In this document: positions 54,647 to 64,000 of the stretch, one piece after another
Position numbering within the stretch: position 1 is the first letter of the stretch
Layout: each line of letters opens with the position of its first letter
NCBI GenBank assembly: GCA_964016885.1
Contig: CAXHJY010000442.1
Span: 1-64,000, forward strand
Length of the DNA stretch: 64,000 nucleotides
Source: Eledone cirrhosa
Lineage: Eukaryota
Direction of reading: 5' to 3'
Notes under the pieces: model-generated
Databases searched by the model: none
What the model was told of the DNA's origin: nothing
The model's input: the letters and a program-made list of their open reading frames with translations, nothing else
Position numbers and translations under genes: made by a program

Positions 54647-54842
54647 GTGTCTATATAAATGTATGTATGTAGTATATGCAAGTGTTCGTGCAAATTGAAA
54701 ATAGATTTAATAATTTTAATATCTAGAACAATGTGATCTAAAAAAAATATTTTTTAAGATACGAATATATCGTTGTCACCTTAATATGGCACTAACGCAA
54801 AATATAAATCCCAGTTTATATATAGTGTGTAACATGAAAGTG

Positions 54843-54844
<2 letters not shown>

Positions 54845-54879
<35 letters not shown>

Positions 54880-55019
54880 ATATATATATATATATATATA
54901 TATTTAATATATATATATATATATATATTTAATATATATATATATATATATTTAATATATATATATATATATATATTTAATATATATATATATATATTTA
55001 ATATATATATATATATATA

Positions 55020-55054
<35 letters not shown>

Positions 55055-55055
55055 A

Positions 55056-55088
<33 letters not shown>

Positions 55089-55131
55089 TTAATACACATA
55101 TATATGTGTAAATATATATATACACATATAT
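54845..55131. repeat. Compound microsatellite/minisatellite: (AT)n tracts punctuated by nine TTTAA motifs
   Basis: TTTAA interruptions recur about every 20-37 bp. An 18-bp palindrome, TACACATATATATGTGTA, lies at 55093-55110. Confidence 0.95.
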
Positions 55132-58100
55132 ATGACGATTAGCCGGCGGATTTACCTTTTCAATCGCGGGCCGGCCGCCCGTGGTCGGACCGATCTGTAA
55201 TTACTAGTACATGTGCAGACACTCATTGGCTATGTGTGGCGTGAATTCCAGCAAGATATCTCCGTAAAATCAATAGTTGTGGCTGTGGAACCAAACCGTG
55301 TTAAACGTCAACAAAGTCCGCCGGCGAATGGTGTGCTTCGAAGAAAACGAATCAAAAAATGACGATTAGCCGGCGGATTTACCTTTTCCATCGCGGGCCG
55401 GCCGCCCGTGGTCGGATCGATCTGTAATTACTGGTACATGTGCAGACACTCATTGGCTATGTGTGGCGTGAATTTCAGCAAGATATCTCCGTAAAATCAA
55501 TAGTTGTGGCTGTGGAACCAAACCGTGTTAAACGTCAACAAACTCCGCCGGCGAATGGTGTGCTTCGAAGAAAACGAATCCAAAAATGACGATTAGCCGG
55601 CGGATTTACCTTTTCAATCGCGGGCCGGCCGCCCGTGGTCGGATCGATCTGTAATTACTGGTACATGTGCAGACACTTATTGGCTATGTGTGGCGTGAAT
55701 TTCAGCAAGATATCTCCGTAAAATCAATAGTTGTGGCTGTGGAACCAAACCGTGTTAAACGTCAACAAAGTCCGCCGGCGAATGGTGTGCTTCGAAGAAA
55801 ACGAATCCAAAAATGACGATTAGCCGGCGGATTTACCTTTTTAATCGCGGGCCGGCCGCCCGCGGTCGGATCGATCTGTAATTACTGGTACATGTGCAGA
55901 TACTCATTGGCTATGTGTGGCGTGAATTTCAGCAAGATATCTCCGTAAAATCAATAGTTGTGGCTGTGGAACCAAACCGTGTTAAACGTCAACAAAGTCC
56001 GCCGGCGAATGGTGTGCTTCGAAGAAAACGAATCCAAAAATGACGATTAGCCGGCGGATTTACCTTTTCAATCGCGGGCCGGCCGCCCGTGGTCGGATCG
56101 ATCTGTAATTACTGGTACATGTGCAGAGACTTATTGGCTATGTGTGGCGTGAATTTCAGCAAGATATCTCCGTAAAATCAATAGTTGTGACTGTGGAACC
56201 AAACCGTGTTAAACGTCAACAAAGTCCGCCGGCGAATGGTGTGCTTCGAAGAAAACGAATCCAAAAATGACGATTAGCCGGCGGATTTACCTTTTTAATC
56301 GCGGGCCGGCCGCCCGCGGTCGGATCGATCTGTAATTACTGGTACATGTGCAGATACTCATTGGCTATGTGTGGCGTGAATTTCAGCAAGATATCTCCGT
56401 AAAATCAATAGTTGTGGCTGTGGAACCAAACCGTGTTAAACGTCAACAAAGTCCGCCGGCGAATGGTGTGCTTCGAAGAAAACGAATCCAAAAATGACGA
56501 TTAGCCGGCGGATTTACCTTTTTAATCGCGGGCCGGCCGCCCGCGGTCGGATCGATCTGTAATTACTGGTACATGTGCAGATACTCATTGGCTATGTGTG
56601 GCGTGAATTTCAGCAAGATATCTCCGTAAAATCAATAGTTGTGGCTGTGGAACCAAACCGTGTTAAACGTCAACAAACTCCGCCGGCGAATGGTGTGCTT
56701 CGAAGAAAACGAATCCAAAAATGACGATTAGCCGGCGGATTTACCTTTTCAATCGCGGGCCGGCCGCCCGTGGTCGGATCGATCTGTAATTACTGGTACA
56801 TGTGCAGACACTCATTGGCTATGTGTGGCGTGAATTTCAGCAAGATATCTCCGTAAAATCAATAGTTGTGGCTGTGGAACCAAACCGTGTTAAACGTCAA
56901 CAAAGTCCGCCGGCGAATGGTGTGCTTCGAAGAAAACGAATCCAAAAATGACGATTAGCCGGCGGATTTACCTTTTTAATCGCGGGCCGGCCGCCCGCGG
57001 TCGGATCGATCTGTAATTACTGGTACATGTGCAGATACTCATTGGCTATGTGTGGCGTGAATTTCAGCAAGATATCTCCGTAAAATCAATAGTTGTGGCT
57101 GTGGAACCAAACCGTGTTAAACGTCAACAAAGTCCGCCGGCGAATGGTGTGCTTCGAAGAAAACGAATCAAAAAATGACGATTAGCCGGCGGATTTACCT
57201 TTTCCATCGCGGGCCGGCCGCCCGTGGTCGGATCGATCTGTAATTACTGGTACATGTGCAGACACTCATTGGCTATGTGTGGCGTGAATTTCAGCAAGAT
57301 ATCTCCGTAAAATCAATAGTTGTGGCTGTGGAACCAAACCGTGTTAAACGTCAACAAACTCCGCCGGCGAATGGTGTGCTTCGAAGAAAACGAATCCAAA
57401 AATGACGATTAGCCGGCGGATTTACCTTTTCAATCGCGGGCCGGCCGCCCGTGGTCGGATCGATCTGTAATTACTGGTACATGTGCAGACACTTATTGGC
57501 TATGTGTGGCGTGAATTTCAGCAAGATATCTCCGTAAAATCAATAGTTGTGGCTGTGGAACCAAACCGTGTTAAACGTCAACAAAGTCCGCCGGCGAATG
57601 GTGTGCTTCGAAGAAAACGAATCCAAAAATGACGATTAGCCGGCGGATTTACCTTTTTAATCGCGGGCCGGCCGCCCGCGGTCGGATCGATCTGTAATTA
57701 CTGGTACATGTGCAGAGACTTATTGGCTATGTGTGGCGTGAATTTCAGCAAGATATCTCCGTAAAATCAATAGTTGTGACTGTGGAACCAAACCGTGTTA
57801 AACGTCAACAAAGTCCGCCGGCGAATGGTGTGCTTCGAAGAAAACGAATCCAAAAATGACGATTAGCCGGCGGATTTACCTTTTTAATCGCGGGCCGGCC
57901 GCCCGCGGTCGGATCGATCTGTAATTACTGGTACATGTGCAGATACTCATTGGCTATGTGTGGCGTGAATTTCAGCAAGATATCTCCGTAAAATCAATAG
58001 TTGTGGCTGTGGAACCAAACCGTGTTAAACGTCAACAAAGTCCGCCGGCGAATGGTGTGCTTCGAAGAAAACGAATCCAAAAATGACGATTAGCCGGCGG

Positions 58101-61100
58101 ATTTACCTTTTTAATCGCGGGCCGGCCGCCCGCGGTCGGATCGATCTGTAATTACTGGTACATGTGCAGATACTCATTGGCTATGTGTGGCGTGAATTTC
58201 AGCAAGATATCTCCGTAAAATCAATAGTTGTGGCTGTGGAACCAAACCGTGTTAAACGTCAACAAACTCCGCCGGCGAATGGTGTGCTTCGAAGAAAACG
58301 AATCCAAAAATGACGATTAGCCGGCGGATTTACCTTTTCAATCGCGGGCCGGCCGCCCGTGGTCGGATCGATCTGTAATTACTGGTACATGTGCAGACAC
58401 TCATTGGCTATGTGTGGCGTGAATTTCAGCAAGATATCTCCGTAAAATCAATAGTTGTGGCTGTGGAACCAAACCGTGTTAAACGTCAACAAAGTCCGCC
58501 GGCGAATGGTGTGCTTCGAAGAAAACGAATCCAAAAATGACGATTAGCCGGCGGATTTACCTTTTTAATCGCGGGCCGGCCGCCCGCGGTCGGATCGATC
58601 TGTAATTACTGGTACATGTGCAGATACTCATTGGCTATGTGTGGCGTGAATTTCAGCAAGATATCTCCGTAAAATCAATAGTTGTGGCTGTGGAACCAAA
58701 CCGTGTTAAACGTCAACAAAGTCCGCCGGCGAATGGTGTGCTTCGAAGAAAACGAATCAAAAAATGACGATTAGCCGGCGGATTTACCTTTTCCATCGCG
58801 GGCCGGCCGCCCGTGGTCGGATCGATCTGTAATTACTGGTACATGTGCAGACACTCATTGGCTATGTGTGGCGTGAATTTCAGCAAGATATCTCCGTAAA
58901 ATCAATAGTTGTGGCTGTGGAACCAAACCGTGTTAAACGTCAACAAACTCCGCCGGCGAATGGTGTGCTTCGAAGAAAACGAATCCAAAAATGACGATTA
59001 GCCGGCGGATTTACCTTTTCAATCGCGGGCCGGCCGCCCGTGGTCGGATCGATCTGTAATTACTGGTACATGTGCAGACACTTATTGGCTATGTGTGGCG
59101 TGAATTTCAGCAAGATATCTCCGTAAAATCAATAGTTGTGGCTGTGGAACCAAACCGTGTTAAACGTCAACAAAGTCCGCCGGCGAATGGTGTGCTTCGA
59201 AGAAAACGAATCCAAAAATGACGATTAGCCGGCGGATTTACCTTTTTAATCGCGGGCCGGCCGCCCGCGGTCGGATCGATCTGTAATTACTGGTACATGT
59301 GCAGATACTCATTGGCTATGTGTGGCGTGAATTTCAGCAAGATATCTCCGTAAAATCAATAGTTGTGGCTGTGGAACCAAACCGTGTTAAACGTCAACAA
59401 AGTCCGCCGGCGAATGGTGTGCTTCGAAGAAAACGAATCCAAAAATGACGATTAGCCGGCGGATTTACCTTTTCAATCGCGGGCCGGCCGCCCGTGGTCG
59501 GATCGATCTGTAATTACTGGTACATGTGCAGACACTCATTGCCTATGTGTGGCGTGAATTTCAGCAAGATATCTCCGTAAAATCAATAGTTGTGGCTGTG
59601 GAACCAAACCGTGTTAAACGTCAACAAAGTCCGCCGGCGAATGGTGTGCTTCGAAGAAAACGAATCCAAAAATGACGATTAGCCGGCGGATTTACCTTTT
59701 TAATCGCGGGCCGGCCGCCCGCGGTCGGATCGATCTGTAATTACTGGTACATGTGCAGATACTCATTGGCTATGTGTGGCGTGAATTTCAGCAAGATATC
59801 TCCGTAAAATCAATAGTTGTGGCTGTGGAACCAAACCGTGTTAAACGTCAACAAACTCCGCCGGCGAATGGTGTGCTTCGAAGAAAACGAATCCAAAAAT
59901 GACGATTAGCCGGCGGATTTACCTTTTCAATCGCGGGCCGGCCGCCCGTGGTCGGATCGATCTGTAATTACTGGTACATGTGCAGACACTCATTGGCTAT
60001 GTGTGGCGTGAATTTCAGCAAGATATCTCCGTAAAATCAATAGTTGTGGCTGTGGAACCAAACCGTGTTAAACGTCAACAAAGTCCGCCGGCGAATGGTG
60101 TGCTTCGAAGAAAACGAATCCAAAAATGACGATTAGCCGGCGGATTTACCTTTTCAATCGCGGGCCGGCCGCCCGTGGTCGGATCGATCTGTAATTACTG
60201 GTACATGTGCAGACACTCATTGGCTATGTGTGGCGTGAATTTCAGCAAGATATCTCCGTAAAATCAATAGTTGTGGCTGTGGAACCAAACCGTGTTAAAC
60301 GTCAACAAAGTCCGCCGGCGAATGGTGTGCTTCGAAGAAAACGAATCCAAAAATGACGATTAGCCGGCGGATTTACCTTTTCAATCGCGGGCCGGCCGCC
60401 CGTGGTCGGATCGATCTGTAATTACTGGTACATGTGCAGACACTCATTGGCTATGTGTGGCGTGAATTTCAGCAAGATATCTCCGTAAAATCAATAGTTG
60501 TGGCTGTGGAACCAAACCGTGTTAAACGTCAACAAAGTCCGCCGGCGAATGGTGTGCTTCGAAGAAAACGAATCCAAAAATGACGATTAGCCGGCGGATT
60601 TACCTTTTTAATCGCGGGCCGGCCGCCCGCGGTCGGATCGATCTGTAATTACTGGTACATGTGCAGACACTCATTGGCTATGTGTGGCGTGAATTTCAGC
60701 AAGATATCTCCGTAAAATCAATAGTTGTGGCTGTGGAACCAAACCGTGTTAAACGTCAACAAAGTCCGCCGGCGAATGGTGTGCTTCGAAGAAAACGAAT
60801 CCAAAAATGACGATTAGCCGGCGGATTTACCTTTTCAATCGCGGGCCGGCCGCCCGTGGTCGGATCGATCTGTAATTACTGGTACATGTGCAGACACTTA
60901 TTGGCTATGTGTGGCGTGAATTTCAGCAAGATATCTCCGTAAAATCAATAGTTGTGGCTGTGGAACCAAACCGTGTTAAACGTCAACAAAGTCCGCCGGC
61001 GAATGGTGTGCTTCGAAGAAAACGAATCCAAAAATGACGATTAGCCGGCGGATTTACCTTTTTAATCGCGGGCCGGCCGCCCGCGGTCGGATCGATCTGT

Positions 61101-64000
61101 AATTACTGGTACATGTGCAGATACTCATTGGCTATGTGTGGCGTGAATTTCAGCAAGATATCTCCGTAAAATCAATAGTTGTGGCTGTGGAACCAAACCG
61201 TGTTAAACGTCAACAAAGTCCGCCGGCGAATGGTGTGCTTCGAAGAAAACGAATCCAAAAATGACGATTAGCCGGCGGATTTACCTTTTCAATCGCGGGC
61301 CGGCCGCCCGTGGTCGGATCGATCTGTAATTACTGGTACATGTGCAGACACTCATTGGCTATGTGTGGCGTGAATTTCAGCAAGATATCTCCGTAAAATC
61401 AATAGTTGTGGCTGTGGAACCAAACCGTGTTAAACGTCAACAAAGTCCGCCGGCGAATGGTGTGCTTCGAAGAAAACGAATCCAAAAATGACGATTAGCC
61501 GGCGGATTTACCTTTTTAATCGCGGGCCGGCCGCCCGCGGTCGGATCGATCTGTAATTACTGGTACATGTGCAGACACTCATTGGCTATGTGTGGCGTGA
61601 ATTTCAGCAAGATATCTCCGTAAAATCAATAGTTGTGGCTGTGGAACCAAACCGTGTTAAACGTCAACAAAGTCCGCCGGCGAATGGTGTGCTTCGAAGA
61701 AAACGAATCCAAAAATGACGATTAGCCGGCGGATTTACCTTTTCAATCGCGGGCCGGCCGCCCGTGGTCGGATCGATCTGTAATTACTGGTACATGTGCA
61801 GAGACTTATTGGCTATGTGTGGCGTGAATTTCAGCAAGATATCTCCGTAAAATCAATAGTTGTGACTGTGGAACCAAACCGTGTTAAACGTCAACAAAGT
61901 CCGCCGGCGAATGGTGTGCTTCGAAGAAAACGAATCCAAAAATGACGATTAGCCGGCGGATTTACCTTTTTAATCGCGGGCCGGCCGCCCGCGGTCGGAT
62001 CGATCTGTAATTACTGGTACATGTGCAGATACTCATTGGCTATGTGTGGCGTGAATTTCAGCAAGATATCTCCGTAAAATCAATAGTTGTGGCTGTGGAA
62101 CCAAACCGTGTTAAACGTCAACAAAGTCCGCCGGCGAATGGTGTGCTTCGAAGAAAACGAATCCAAAAATGACGATTAGCCGGCGGATTTACCTTTTTAA
62201 TCGCGGGCCGGCCGCCCGCGGTCGGATCGATCTGTAATTACTGGTACATGTGCAGATACTCATTGGCTATGTGTGGCGTGAATTTCAGCAAGATATCTCC
62301 GTAAAATCAATAGTTGTGGCTGTGGAACCAAACCGTGTTAAACGTCAACAAACTCCGCCGGCGAATGGTGTGCTTCGAAGAAAACGAATCCAAAAATGAC
62401 GATTAGCCGGCGGATTTACCTTTTCAATCGCGGGCCGGCCGCCCGTGGTCGGATCGATCTGTAATTACTGGTACATGTGCAGACACTCATTGGCTATGTG
62501 TGGCGTGAATTTCAGCAAGATATCTCCGTAAAATCAATAGTTGTGGCTGTGGAACCAAACCGTGTTAAACGTCAACAAAGTCCGCCGGCGAATGGTGTGC
62601 TTCGAAGAAAACGAATCCAAAAATGACGATTAGCCGGCGGATTTACCTTTTTAATCGCGGGCCGGCCGCCCGCGGTCGGATCGATCTGTAATTACTGGTA
62701 CATGTGCAGATACTCATTGGCTATGTGTGGCGTGAATTTCAGCAAGATATCTCCGTAAAATCAATAGTTGTGGCTGTGGAACCAAACCGTGTTAAACGTC
62801 AACAAAGTCCGCCGGCGAATGGTGTGCTTCGAAGAAAACGAATCAAAAAATGACGATTAGCCGGCGGATTTACCTTTTCCATCGCGGGCCGGCCGCCCGT
62901 GGTCGGATCGATCTGTAATTACTGGTACATGTGCAGACACTCATTGGCTATGTGTGGCGTGAATTTCAGCAAGATATCTCCGTAAAATCAATAGTTGTGG
63001 CTGTGGAACCAAACCGTGTTAAACGTCAACAAACTCCGCCGGCGAATGGTGTGCTTCGAAGAAAACGAATCCAAAAATGACGATTAGCCGGCGGATTTAC
63101 CTTTTCAATCGCGGGCCGGCCGCCCGTGGTCGGATCGATCTGTAATTACTGGTACATGTGCAGACACTTATTGGCTATGTGTGGCGTGAATTTCAGCAAG
63201 ATATCTCCGTAAAATCAATAGTTGTGGCTGTGGAACCAAACCGTGTTAAACGTCAACAAAGTCCGCCGGCGAATGGTGTGCTTCGAAGAAAACGAATCCA
63301 AAAATGACGATTAGCCGGCGGATTTACCTTTTTAATCGCGGGCCGGCCGCCCGCGGTCGGATCGATCTGTAATTACTGGTACATGTGCAGATACTCATTG
63401 GCTATGTGTGGCGTGAATTTCAGCAAGATATCTCCGTAAAATCAATAGTTGTGGCTGTGGAACCAAACCGTGTTAAACGTCAACAAAGTCCGCCGGCGAA
63501 TGGTGTGCTTCGAAGAAAACGAATCCAAAAATGACGATTAGCCGGCGGATTTACCTTTTCAATCGCGGGCCGGCCGCCCGTGGTCGGATCGATCTGTAAT
63601 TACTGGTACATGTGCAGACACTCATTGCCTATGTGTGGCGTGAATTTCAGCAAGATATCTCCGTAAAATCAATAGTTGTGGCTGTGGAACCAAACCGTGT
63701 TAAACGTCAACAAAGTCCGCCGGCGAATGGTGTGCTTCGAAGAAAACGAATCCAAAAATGACGATTAGCCGGCGGATTTACCTTTTCAATCGCGGGCCGG
63801 CCGCCCGTGGTCGGATCGATCTGTAATTACTGGTACATGTGCAGACACTCATTGGCTATGTGTGGCGTGAATTTCAGCAAGATATCTCCGTAAAATCAAT
63901 AGTTGTGGCTGTGGAACCAAACCGTGTTAAACGTCAACAAAGTCCGCCGGCGAATGGTGTGCTTCGAAGAAAACGAATCCAAAAATGACGATTAGCCGGC
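55132..64000. repeat. 227-bp tandem satellite, 39 complete monomers plus 16 bp; continues past the right edge of the window
   Basis: ATGACGATTAGCCGGCGG starts at 55132, 55359, 55586, 55813 ... 63985, an exact 227-bp period with no net indels. Monomers differ only at a handful of recurrent substitution sites. Confidence 0.99.

Noticed and set aside
54736-54760. Short AT-rich hairpin ATCTAAAAAAAATATTTTTTAAGAT as a terminator
   Set aside because: It is an imperfect low-complexity dyad with no associated gene and is expected by chance in AT-rich DNA.
55132-55200. 22-codon ORF MTISRRIYLFNRGPAARGR(T/I)DL at the start of each 227-bp monomer
   Set aside because: It is too short and has no supporting signals. 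The monomer length is not a multiple of 3 and no long frame crosses monomers.
55132-64000. CRISPR array or tandem RNA gene cluster (5S, tRNA, spliced-leader, snRNA)
   Set aside because: There are no unique spacers or cas genes. I recognise no 5S or tRNA structure, convincing A/B boxes or Sm site. An Rfam/Infernal search would be the decisive check.

Overview
This window is non-coding, repeat-only DNA that looks eukaryotic; the organism cannot be identified from the sequence. No credible gene, RNA gene or CRISPR array is present. From left to right: (1) 1-50785 is a 9-bp satellite of AAAATTCCT/AAAATTCAT units, almost G-free on the + strand. The minus strand reads TTTTAGGAA, which contains TTAGG. 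It is built from nested kb-scale higher-order duplications (about 1.1, 2.3, 2.7-2.8, 3.6, 4.3, 5.6, 6.2 and 9.7 kb). (2) 50786-54110 is a degenerate 10-12-bp CCATTAAAA(A)-type repeat that flips orientation at about 52357 and is interrupted by (TTTTA)n and a 65-bp duplication. (3) 54113-55131 holds TA/TG microsatellites with a near-perfect, spacerless 394-bp palindrome. (4) 55132-64000 is a highly homogeneous, CpG-rich 227-bp satellite (39 full copies). It shows an 8-monomer higher-order pattern, asymmetric subterminal inverted repeats, a GC hairpin and a CENP-B-box-like motif. The best hypothesis, which is unproven, is a chromosome-end architecture in which a TTAGG-containing array maintained by recombination abuts a subtelomeric or centromere-like satellite, possibly derived from a rolling-circle element. 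All ORFs in the track appear to be repeat artefacts.
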